From the NCBI GenBank assembly GCA_036172245.1, contig JAYWIR010000016.1:2914001-2978000 (forward strand): a stretch of DNA of 64,000 bases, in the 5' to 3' direction. Source of the stretch: Raillietiella orientalis (taxonomy: Eukaryota). Position numbers and translations under genes: made by a program. Position 1 is the stretch's first letter. Every line of letters starts with the position of its first letter. Shown here piece after piece: positions 1 through 11,368 of the stretch. The notes below the pieces were generated by a model that saw only the letters and a program-made list of their open reading frames with translations, ran no database searches and was not told the DNA's origin.

Positions 1-3000
1 GGAAGTAGCTGATACATGCACGAGTGACCTCCGAATTCCCTGTCTCCTACCCCTCCGACCAGCGTGAGAAACGTCCGGGCGGGCGCAGACCGGATCTCCT
101 TCATAGCTTCCGACCCGAACGCTTCCCAGACAAACCGCCTTTCTTGCGGAGGGGGGGATCCGCTGCTGCTTCTCCTCCTCCGAGATTTAGAGGGCTCTCC
201 CCCTCCCCCCTCCCGTTTCCTTTCTGTCTCTCAACCGGAAGCGGAGGAAGGATGATCCTCCAGACTTCCCTCAGGCGGAGGGCGGCGCTCCCGTCGATCG
301 TCTCGGGTTTTCCCTCGCCACCAAGGTCAGCGGCTGTCCGGAAAGGGGGGATTCCTCCTCTTCCCGGACAGGCGCTGTGTGGTCTCTCCCTACTTCCCTT
401 GAGCGCGTTGGCCGAGGAAGGAGGAATCCCCCAGTCGTCCCACGGTTATCCCTGGGACCACTAGCTCTTCCTGCTGACTCCCCTAGCTGTCCCAGAGAGG
501 TCAGAAGAACTCTATGCGGCCGCGTCAACACCTGCGGAGTGGGCGGCTCATTCCTCGACGCACCTTTCCCGCAGGGGAGAGTTCCTCCGGGATGCGAGGA
601 AGAAGTGCAAGTCCTGCCTCTGGGGACCTCTCGCTGACCCCCCTCGTCCCCCTTCCTTACTTCCTCGCCCGCCCCTGTCTCCCTCTCCCTCCTGGTGAAC
701 GTCGCTGGAGGAGGAGTCGCGGGTGCGTTTCGGACGCCGCCAGACCGACGATCCGGGTGTCTCGGTGGAAAAACCGGCAGCACCTGGTTGGTTGGTCTGC
801 AGAGGCGCGACCTAACCCGGTCCGGGGACGGCCGCTTCGCTACCTGGCCGCAGGAGTGGGAAGACTCTCGGGTCTCCACCGGCTCCCCAGAGGCGCCTAG
901 GAGCTACCCGGATTAGCGCCGATGGTCATCTCTTAGCTTCTCCAGACCTTCCGGATCCCAGATGTCCCTCGCGCTGCCGCCACCCTGCCTCTGAGAGTTC
1001 CCGGCCTGGCCGCGAGAGCGAAGGAGGGAGGCAACGCGCGCGGCAGGGAGCTGAGGGGATCCCAGGCGTTCTCCTGGCCCCACCGAGCTTCCGGTTTGGA
1101 TGAAACGGGAGGCGTGCGAGTGGTACAGCGACCGTTCGGAATGTGGAATGCTGGAGCGTTTTCTCCACTGCACTCCTTCTCCGGAGAGAAAAAGGGAGGC
1201 TTCCTGGGCTCGGGTCTCCCGGTCCTGCGTGGGTCCGGTAGCGGGCGGGACAGAGGACCTGTGCCGTCTGCTTCCTCGCGCGGTGCGCCTCCCAGCGGAC
1301 GTGCGGGCAGCTGTCGGCCGGCCGGCCTTCGCTCGAGGAGCACAAGGTGGGCAGACCCCCCCCCCCCCTGGCGAGGCACCCGGCCGGGAGAGAGTTAGGG
1401 ACGCTTCCAGGTGTGAGGAAGGGGAGGAAGCGTCCGCTCGCCGGGGAGGCTCCCCGATCTACCACCAGCGAAATTCAGGCAGTTCCGGGGGAATATAGCG
1501 CCGCTTTCCTCCTCCGGTCGCGAGTCGCCTCGGCGACGGCGGATCTGCCTCCTGGGGATCTCTAGGGATTTCCGCTCTTTGCTAATTCCTCCTTCCCCTC
1601 GTTGGTCTCTTCCCCTCGGAGGGCCTCCCGAGGGGCAGCTTCCCGTTCCTGAAGGGAACCGGAAGATTCAGGTGCCGTTCCGGAGGAACCAAAGGACGGG
1701 GGACAAGAGAGACGGGAAAGAGCGTGCTGAAGGGGGGGGAAGGCAGACGGAAGCGGAAGGCGCCTTCCGCGTTGCTGCGCTCAGCAGAGAGGTGACCTTG
1801 ACTACAGCGGACGCCTTCGCCCCACCAGTGTCCGACGGACGCGCTCCTTGGTGGTGAGGGGTGAACGAGGGTCTTCGGGGGGTGCTTTTTCCCTCCCCGA
1901 TCTCTTCACCCCACGATTCCGACGATCCGCTCCCCGCGGCAGTTCCGAGGGCCGGTGGCCGTCCATAACGCCGCCTTTCGGTTTCGCACCGCCATGGCAA
2001 CAGCCGCGAGCGCCCTTTGAGAGTGCCCTGCAGAGAACGCATTCCTCCGCCCACCGTGTCTCTTCCAGGAGCCTGGGAACCCCCGAACGTTCGCTCTGCT
2101 TCTGGGCTCGCGTCCCGGAAGGCGCTGCTTCGGAGGCGGATGCTAACTGGCGAGCAGCTGCCTCCGCCTGCCAGTGGCGATGTGGCGCGCGGGTCACGCG
2201 TTTCTCCGTCGCCCACCCCTTTCCCCTGATGGGCCCTTCTCTCTCCCCCACTTCCCTTCCCCGCCCCGTTCCTCTCACTCCTACCCCCAAAAGGTGGAGT
2301 TTGCGTTCCGGCTGCTGACGGTGCTCCACGGAAGCTGCTCACTCACTCCTCCCTCTACTCCGCACTCGCCGCTCCCTAGTCTGCTCCTCTCTGCAGCGAA
2401 GCCGAGAGATCACGTGGAGGAGACCCCGCGCTTCATGGCGACCCAAAGGAAGGTGTCGGCCGCCTTCCAAGCTCGTCGCGAGCGTCGGATTTTCCCCCAG
2501 GACCGCTGGGCGGCTCCACCGGCCACCGTCGGGCGACTGGCAGAGCCCGGGGAGCGTCGGTCGAGTCTGCCCTTTGCCTCCTCTTCCTCTCAAGAGGCAG
2601 AAACAGGAGCCTCGCGAACCTTCTCCGGGGAGCCCTTCGAGCACATCCGCGGTACAAGAAAAACGGGGAGCTGGGTGGCGGCTCTGAAGAGGAGGAGGGA
2701 GGGGGGGGGGGGCGAGGGCGGCCGGTCGCCGACGCCAACGCCGTCACCACCGCAACAGGGGGGCGAGCCTGAGTTGGGAGCGGAGCGCGCGTGCCTGAAC
2801 GGACTGCCGGAGGAGGCCGCGAGGTCTCCCCGCGCGCGCGTGCTCAGCCGAGAGACGTAGAGAGATTTTTTTTTCTCTCTCTCTCCCTGCCTCCCTCCCC
2901 TCACGCACGTACCGGGAGAATTTCAAGGTCACCCTTTTCGCTTTTTCCTGCCCTTTCTTTTCTTTTCTACCCCCCCCCCTTCCTTCCTCCTCCTTCTCCT

Positions 3001-3056
3001 CTCTCACCCCCTCCTTCTGTCCACCCAAAGCGGTCGCCATTGGCAGCAGAGGCCGC

Positions 3057-6000
3057 CTAATGCGGCAGGAGGACCACCACCAAATCGAGGGGGGAAGGGA
3101 GGGAGGATTCGCCTGTCTCCCTAGGAACTGCCACGTAGCGGCTGGGGGGAGTCACTCCGCAGCCCGCCGTTCCCCGTAGCAGCGAAGAGAGCGACTGGCT
3201 CTGCAGCTCTTGGGGGAAGCGGATTCCTGGGAATTCCGAGCTCGTACGGGAGCAAAACAAACAAGTAAATAACAAAAAAAAAAAAAAAATGACGAAGAAA
3301 AACCAAAGGTCACACGCTCGGCGGTGGAATCGACTGCTCCGATAACAATGGAGCTGGTGGCAACCGGCGGCGGCTCATCAGAGCGCAGCAGGCCCACCAC
3401 CATGGGGTGGGCGCGTGCGACGAGCAGGTGGTGCGCGCGTGCCCTTGGGAGCCCCTCTCTCCGTCCCTCCTCCAGCCCCTGCTGCTCGCAGGCGGAAGCG
3501 GGCATGAGCAGCACTTCTTTCGCTCGCCGTCTTCCCAGACGAGGACGATGCTGCTTGCGGCTGCGCGGTCCGCTACCCCCCCCCCCGTCCCCTTCCTCGA
3601 GAGGATGCATGACCCTGCATGAGTCTGAGGTGCAGCCGCGGTGCTGCTGGGCCACGTGTCCCCCGCCCGCCCCACACACGACACACTCTTCCGTCCATTA
3701 CCCACCCGCCCGCCCACTCCTCCGCGAAGGAATCTCCGCTGACCTGCTTGGTCACGACGAGTCAAGGACGCTCCCTTTCCGCCAAGCGGGTGAACCTTCT
3801 GGGCATCTCAACGGGTGCAAAAAGCGACAGCGACGTCCTCTGCCTATGGGGAGCGAAAGGGAAGACCACCACGTACGCGAGCCGGCGCGTGCGTGCACGC
3901 CGACTCGTTCCCGCGCAGTTCACTCGTATCCGTTCCTCCCGTTCCGGTGGGTGTCACCTGGAGACGAGGCAGCGGCGACCCTTGAGACAAGCACGGACGT
4001 GCGCATCCTCACGGCGCGAGTCTGCTCCAGCTCTCTGAGGTCGGTCTCCGTTGCCTCGCGACGACGCTTTCGATTCTTCCTCTTTCCCTAGTGCAGCATC
4101 ATGATCGGCGGGGCAGGTGTTCCGTGGCACGCGCTTTCCTCAGAAGGCGTACGCTCGTCCACACGAGCACAGCCCTCCCTGCTCCCCTTCTTCGTGCGGA
4201 TGGGGGTTCCAACAGGCTCCCTCCCTACTGGAAAACAGGAAGGTCAGCGAGCCAATCGCAGAGCGCGACCCATGTAAGGTCTGCGTGCCTAGGGCCGGCT
4301 GTTCACCCCCATGATGTCCAGGAAACGACCTGACTTACGGCAAAGTCCCGAAAGTTGGTCTGCTCTGTTGACAAGGGCAGCCTGGGAACCGCTCTCCTTA
4401 AATACGTCCATCTTAGCCCTCCTCCGTTCGATCCCATTCCTGCTGGAAAAGAAAAGATAGTTCGAGCTAGCTCCGGCTGGAAACGTTCCCATCGCGTGGA
4501 CTTCCACGCGTGTGTGCCCGGATGACCGAGAAAATCCTTAGCAAAGAAAAGTCATCATCGTCAGGCATCGTCGACTTCACTCCTCCTCAATCGCAGTACA
4601 CACGAATTACAAATTGTGGGAGACTCCCTTTCTTCACGTTGCATCCAGGGACCCATTGCGAAAAGTTCTGAGCATGTTAGAGACCGGGTTTTGAGATGGA
4701 AGTGCGGATCACTCCCCCAAACTTCGAATGAGCTTCAAGAGCACACTTTCCGGACTGTGCAAACAATCAGGCGGGCTGCTGGGATTCGAAACTGGAACTG
4801 AATCGAAACCCAAACTCATAGCCTGTGAATGGCTTCAGCTCTTCTTTTTTCTTTTTCTTTAAAAAATGGCAAGTGGCTTTCATAGAGGATTCCCGATTTA
4901 CAATGGAGCTGACAATTCACATGTTCCTCCCTATTTAAAATAACGACACCGAAACAAAAACGGCTGCCTGAATTACATATTCTGCACAGCATTTGAAAAT
5001 TTTGAAGAACAGCTCATGAAAAGCACACACACACGCAACAACCCGACGATTCGATTTCAGAATATTAAATCCTGTGTTATATGCCCTTCAATCGAAAAAA
5101 TGGAGATGTGCTCACTCATTTCAGCCATAATTATTTCTGGATATCAAAAGTCGCGTCGCAAAGGAGTATTCTGATTTCATTTAGAAGATTTGGCATTTCT
5201 GGGCAATAAGGGCGCTTATTATCATGGGAACCATATTTCACAGTCGTCAACTCTTGGTAATATTCCAAATAAATTGACTAAATCAGGCGTTATATTTGCA
5301 AGACACCATGCTAAGAGAATCTTTAAAAGTTTTTGTGAGAGTTAATGGGACCTCGTTCATGCCAGATGACATCATAAAAGTGAATTCTAGTAGCAAGGTA
5401 AATAAACATTAGAATAAGATTGTGTCATAACATGTGTAAGTAAAGCACTCACATATCATTTCATATATTTCAGCACTATCTAGTTTGTTTAACTCTGACA
5501 AGCTCTTGTTTTTGGATTTGCTTGGATGTTGTGTCTTTATTCTGATTTCGGTTTCCGAGTGTCAGTTTTTTTTCAAAGTTGACAGAAACATAGCAACTGA
5601 GCAAATGATTAGAAAATATTCCGTGATGACAAGATGATGATATTGTGCAAAACAAATACTGGTTAATGTAAAGCCTTCCCAATTTCTCTTCCTAAAGTAG
5701 CTTCATATGATTGTGCATTTGCAGACATCTGTGGATTCATTTTCCATTATTTCGTTCGCTGTTACATCGTTCATTCGACCTTCTTTGGTACACTTATCTT
5801 CCATGAATGCATAGGAATCAAGAATAATGTTTTTTTTTGTGTCTGTTTAAGGTCTTTAGTTTATGCTTAATATGTATACATATTTTTGAATAGATATTAA
5901 ATGCCATGCCATAACGACGCTTTTCGAAGTTCTCTCTAGTCATAAAAGGGAAATCTTCGAGGGCTTCGACGCGTACTCGTCGGACTGAAGAAGAAGCTTG

Positions 6001-6070
6001 CGGGAGATGTTACGAGAGTTCGATAGCTTGCCTTCCAGGAGCTCAGCACCTGATCTTTGGAGGCCGACAT
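3057..6070 (-). CDS. Possible multi-exon gene of unknown function (exon structure unresolved)
   Basis: AAAATG start context at 6070 (MSASKDQVLSSWK...). Exon-like blocks include ~4339-4440 (pyrimidine tract + CAG acceptor, NGIERRRAKMDVFKESGSQAALVNRADQLSGLC, GTAAGT donor) and ~3958-4087 (RKNRKRRREATETDLRELEQTRAVR...). No recognisable homology, and I could not build a continuous model. Confidence 0.25.
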
Positions 6071-6136
6071 TTTAATTTCGTCACCGCTGGCGACCCGCAA
6101 CAATGGAGGACGGACTGAGAGCGCGGGAAAAGTGCG

Positions 6137-6500
6137 CAGCGAATACTGGCGCTCGCCGAAGGAACAGCGAATACTGGCGCTCGCCGAAGGAACAGCGAAT
6201 AGTGGCGCTCGCCGAAGGAACAGCGAATACTGGCGCTCGCCGAAGGAACAGCGAATACTGGCGCTCGCCGAAGGAACAGCGAATACTGGCGCTCGCCGAA
6301 GGAGCAGCGAATAGTGGCGCTCGCCGAAGGAACAGCGAATACTGGCGCTCGCCGAAGGAACAGCGAATACTGGCGTCCGCCGAAGGAACAGCGAATACTG
6401 GCGCTCGCCGAAGGAACAGCGAATACTGGCGCTCGCCGAAGGAACAGCGAATACTGGCGCTCGCCGAAGGAACAGCGAATACTGGCGCTCGCCGAAGGAG
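6137..6500. repeat. 28-bp minisatellite, 13 tandem copies
   Basis: Unit CAGCGAATACTGGCGCTCGCCGAAGGAA counted 13 times head-to-tail. Variants: C>G (TAG) in units 3 and 7, GGAG end in units 6 and 13, CT>TC in unit 9. No spacers. Confidence 0.97.
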
Positions 6501-7053
6501 CAGTGCCAGGGACGAGTGTTTCCGGGAAACGCGCTCCGTGCGTGCGTGCGTTTCTCTCTTTGGGGTCCCTTTCGTGGAAGCTTGGCGCTTCTTATACAAG
6601 CGCATCTCACTGCATCATCTACGTAACCATGCGCGCACCTGGCTGTAGAGAGCACTGTTCGAACTCATCCTTTTGAGAGAGATGTCTCCCGGAGAGAGAG
6701 AATCCGCTCGCAAAGTAGATCCTAGTGATCCTAGCATCTTTCCCTTAGCGATCTTTGACTGAACAAACGACTAGAGAGGTGAGGCGAACAAAGGTGGTGC
6801 CAGCAGTCCTCTTCAGGCTTTCCGGAGTACAAGTGTTGCTCTTTCAAGATGGAAATACTGACGCGAAGAAACATCCCTTTTTTCTCCAGAGAAGAGGAAC
6901 ACTGCATGGCTGAAAGAGGACATCCGAGAGCCGCTTTTTCCCATATAGGGATCAGGGGAAGCACGCGCTGAAAGACGACAGATTGTGAACGAGACGCCAC
7001 AGTGGACCCGAGCACCGCTTCCTCGCGCTGAAGGTGTCTGTGCTCGTTTTCAG

Positions 7054-10000
7054 ATGCTGACGATATCTGCCTCGCACATGGGGAAGAGGAAGACTTCGGA
7101 AATCTGGACCAAGAAGCCTTGCGATGATTATTCGCTGATGACGGACGGGGTCTTCATGGACAGGAGTCAGGATTACGTGTACAAGCAGTGTGCAGAATCC
7201 TTGGTCCGGCTCAGCATCGAGGGGTACTCTGGAGCAGTGTTCGCCTTCGGGTCTCCGGGAAGTGGGAAGGGCTACACCCTTTTTGGGACCGAGGACAAGC
7301 CCCAGGTACGTCTCCTCCTCCTCTCGGAATGCTTTTTGCCCGGGAGCCGGGCAGCTCCCTTGAGGACGAACAGGGGATGATGCCTAGTGGTGCGGTCTCG
7401 GCGCGATCCGGCAGGAGGCCCCGTCGAGCCTTTGTCTGGGCTCGCAGACGCGTTCGAGAGCGAAGATAGGTCTTCCCGTCCTCGGCTGGAGAGCCGCCCC
7501 CCCTGTGCTGGTCTCTTCAGCTCCTCCCGATGGCACTTTTCTTGCGACAGATGTTTCCGTTTCCGCTAGCACCAGTACCGGGGCCTGGCGATGCGAGCGC
7601 TGGAGGACTTTCTGGACGCGAAGGAGAACTCCGGGGACCGCTTCGAGGTCGACATCTCCCTGTCGTTCCTGGAAATATGCGGGGAAGAGATGCGCGACCT
7701 TCTCAGTCCGGAAAGGTCGAAGAGCTCCCTGGAGCTATCGGAGGACGCCGGAGGCGTGCGCATAAAGGTTGCCTTGGACTGCAAAGGGAACGGAGAGACA
7801 AGAGCGGGGGCGGCCGCCTGCTTCCCTAGGGGCTCTCAGCGTTCGCAGTCCGCAGCTTGGAAGAAGGCTGGAGTGCCATCCTGGTGGGTCGCAGGAACCG
7901 GACGCTCTCGAGGTGCTGTTGCTGCCGCTGCCACTCCGTGCTGACCTTCGAGGTGCGGTCCAGCGAGAATGTCGTCACGGGAGCCACGACGAGGAAAGCG
8001 AAGGTCTTTCGAGACGAAAGGGCGGGAGGGAGGGACGCTTTCCTCCCCTGACCTTGGAGCAATGCTTCTCTCCCCCAGGTGCAGTTCGTGGAGGTGTGCG
8101 GGCCGGTGGCGGCCGCAGGCAGTGGTGCCGGGGAGGGAGGGCCGTGTCATCGATCCAAGTGCGCAGCCCCTTGTCCGCGGCGCGGCAGCAATAACGTAGA
8201 CCTGCTGGCGCTCGAGCGCGTGGTGCAGTGCCTGGGGCACCGTGCAGGCGCCCCGCCCGAGGGATTCCTCTTCCGCCAGAGCATGCTGACGCTGTGTCTG
8301 AAGGACACTTTAGGAGGGAGAGGGAAGAGGAACCTTCTAAGGTGAGCTGCTGGGGGGAGCCGACCCTGCTCCATCTTACCGGGGAGTGTCCTCCGGGGGG
8401 GGCGAAGGTTCGTGGCGCACGTGCGCAGTCGCGCAGAGCACCGCAGGGACACCCTCTCGACTCTGCTGGTGGTCCAGAGGCTACGGAAGGACGTGCAGAT
8501 CTTCGTGCCGATTCCAGACGCTGGCACCGTCTCTCAGGAGACCAGGATACTCCGCCTGGAGGTGAGTTCGGCTCCTCCCCTCCCCCCCCCCTCCGCGCGC
8601 ACACCCTGCGTTGCAGCATGCGGCTCCAACCCACAGTGTGCACCGCTGGAGAGGATGGAGCTCTGTGAGGAGGGGATGCGCGATGTCAGGGGCAATAGGA
8701 ATAGAGGGGGGGGGGGGAGGTCACGCGGAATCCTAGGATACCTTAGGATAGGAGATTTCGCGAAAACTCACAAGGAAACGAAGGTGAGGAGAATCCCTTT
8801 GAAAGCGGGACCTCCTCAGCGACAGGAGCGCGGAGAGGATCGAGTCCCCAGGCTCTTGACGACCGCGGGGGGTGGAGCGAAAGAGGAGTGCCGAGCACGG
8901 CGTTCCCAGAGCGGACGTTCGGAGACCTCACAAGTCCACGACCTTTTGACAAGGAGGCGGCAAAAGACTCTCCGTTCTCTCCCCTGCCTTCCTTTGTGCC
9001 CCTCCTCTCCTGGAAGGATCGAAAAGCGCCGTAACCCTCGCAACCGGTGGTGTGTGCAGAGGCCGTCGCTGCCTCTTCCCCCCAGCTCTCCGCGTAGCGC
9101 TCTGAGCGGCTCGTCCCATGATCGCAAGTCGACTGCGAGCCGTGACGCGTCCCCTCTCCTCTCCTCCCCTCAGGCGAGAGTCCGGGAACTGGAAGAGGAA
9201 CTGCGTCTGCGGGCCGCGATGCTGGATGAGCGCGACCTGACCCCAGAGTACGCGGAGGAGCTGCGCGACCAGGTGGCGCGATTCCTGGAGAACGGCAGCA
9301 GGGAAGTGGACGTCGCCCTTCCCCAGGAGGTCTACAGGTTGTTCCGGGAGGCCTTCCTGGTGCGCGGGGAGAAGGAGAGCGCGCGCCCGGCTGGAGGGGC
9401 GAGTCCCCGAACGGCGGTGGCACCTCATGAGGTGACCCCCTCGGGGGTGGACAAAAAGGGGGATATCCTGCCTGTAAACATCGGCTTGGGACCTGCCCCT
9501 TCCTCCTTGAGGATGCATGCGAGGGCTCCCTCCAGAAAGCGGCAGCTGCTTCAGCAGCAGGAAGGGGAGGAAGAAGGTCCCGCGGCGGAGGGGCCCTCGG
9601 ATGTGAACGCTCCTGTTCGGGCCCCGCCGGAAGAAGGAAGCCGGCTTAGGGTTTTTCCTTCCGAAGGGACGCTCAAGGAGGAGGAAACTTTGGAGGAGGA
9701 GGAGGTCCTGCAGCGCGCGCGGGCGCCCTTCGTTGAGAGGATGCTCCAGGAGGTGGGCGAAGCTCGGGAGAGAGCCGCACGGATCCTTCGGGAAGAGCAA
9801 GAGCTCCGAGAAACCAGGGGAGAGCTATACGACCGCTGGGGCAATGTCCTGATTTCGGAGGAGGAGAAGCAGGCTGCAGCGAGACTCCATGCGCTGGATC
9901 GGGCCGAGGAGCAGCTGCGCACGCAGCTGCGCGACGTGCAGCGGCTCCTGAAAGACTTGCGGACGGGGGTGCGCGGTGAGGCTTACCCGGAGGGTCCCGA

Positions 10001-10154
10001 GGACTCTTCCGAGCGCCGGTGCCGCCTCCGCGCCGCTGCCTACGAACGAGTCCTGGAGAGGGTTGGCGACCTGTCCGTCCCTGTGCCCTACGAGAAGTGC
10101 CTCCAGGTCCTCGCCTGCAAGCGCGACTGTGCCTCTCGCCGGGAGTCTCAATAA
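7054..10154 (+). CDS. KIF9-like: Divergent kinesin-9 (KIF9/KIF6-like) protein; 5' exon(s) may lie upstream of 7054
   Basis: Phase-consistent GT-AG exons 7054-7305, 7576-7767, 7830-8003, 8079-8341, 8408-8561, 9174-10154. Kinesin motor landmarks: SQDYVY..EGYSGAVFAFGSPGSGKG, SFLEICGEEMRDLL, GLS..V.SLEE, LLALERVV, FRQSMLTLCLKDTLGG, DTLSTL. These are followed by a coiled coil (ARVRELEEEL) and a tail segment GELYDRWGNVLISEEE resembling KIF9 tails. The subfamily call is from recall, not a search. Confidence 0.8.
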
Positions 10155-11368
10155 ACAAGTCTAGTAGGGGGCGGGGTCTCCTTCGTACACGCGAATGAAT
10201 AGGCGCATAAAGGGGTTTCCGGATTACATGGCTCTCCCAGTGGGAAGGCAGCCCTGGGGAGGGGCGGGGCGGGGCGGGAGCCGGTCGATCGGCTCCATTT
10301 TCTGCACGGACACGCTCTCGGCGAGAGCGAGGGGAGGCGGATGGCGGCCTCCCCTGGTGCACCGGCGCTCCCCTTCCCACTGGCCGCTTGCCTGGCCTCT
10401 TGGACGCCACTCTCGGGGTGCTGTGGGTGGAAGGGCGTTCTTCGCTGCAGGGGGAAGGAGGGTGCCCACCCGTGGCCTCTCTCCCTCGCTTTCCCTCCTT
10501 GGAACTCCCGAGATGGGGGGCAGGCAAGGAAGCGAAGACCGGGATGTGGGTCGACAGGGACGAGAAGCCCGCAAGGAGCTTGCATCGAGAGAGAATCATC
10601 CTGAACCTTCTCCCTGGAGCGATTCACCTGAAGCCTGGAAACGAAGGTGGAAACAACCGATGACCCCGTCTCTTCCTCTATTCCTGTCGGGAGGGAGGAG
10701 GGAAGAGAAGGAAGGAGTCTGTCAGGCCTTCCGTGCCGTGGGCCTTGGCAGAAGCGTAAGGGCCACGTGATCTGCAGTCGAGAGGGTGGTGGTGGAAAGG
10801 AACGAAGGGAGGGTTTTCCGGCTCGTGGGGAGGGAGTTTCCTTCCTCCCCTCAACCTCAATCTCTCGACGCGCCGAGGAAGATGTCAAGTAGTGTCATCT
10901 GCCTCACAGGAGGAGGCCCAGTCCCGCTCCCTTGCCTTCCTCCGAAGCGCCGGGGGAAGTCGGGGAAGGGTGGGAGGAGCTGCTGGAACGCTGCCCCAGT
11001 TAAGCCGACGGCGAGGACCGCGCGGAGCTCTCCTTTCCTCGCCGATTCCACGTTGCGGGAGTGCCCCTCCTAGCCCCTGCTACTAGCAGAGGGCCAGCAA
11101 CCCTTCCCTGTTTCTACTTTCTACTGCCGGCTTTCTACTGTTCTGAGGAGGAACAGTGGAGACGAAGAGTGCGAGAAGAACGATGGAGTATTTCAACTCC
11201 TCCAGCGATGGCGCTCCGTCGATGGGAAGGCTGAGCGTCATCTCTACAAAGAAGTCGAGCTGGAGAAAGGAATGTCCGCTGCGGGCAAAAATGGCTCTCG
11301 AGCGCTCTCTACCGCCATGTTTTGTCCTCTCCCGCTCTCTTTTTCTTTTATTATTTTTCTCGTTTCTT

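Noticed and set aside
1..3060. Many overlapping ORFs in the first GC-rich block
   Set aside because: Pro/Arg/Gly/Ser-rich in all frames, as expected from high GC; no motif or consistent exon chain found.
6137..6500. CRISPR array (28-bp palindromic repeats)
   Set aside because: Units are directly adjacent with no unique spacers, there are no cas genes, and the context is eukaryotic.
5936..6676. Repetitive ORFs of 85-239 aa on both strands
   Set aside because: They are translation products of the nearly stop-free 28-bp repeat, giving the same peptide in every frame.
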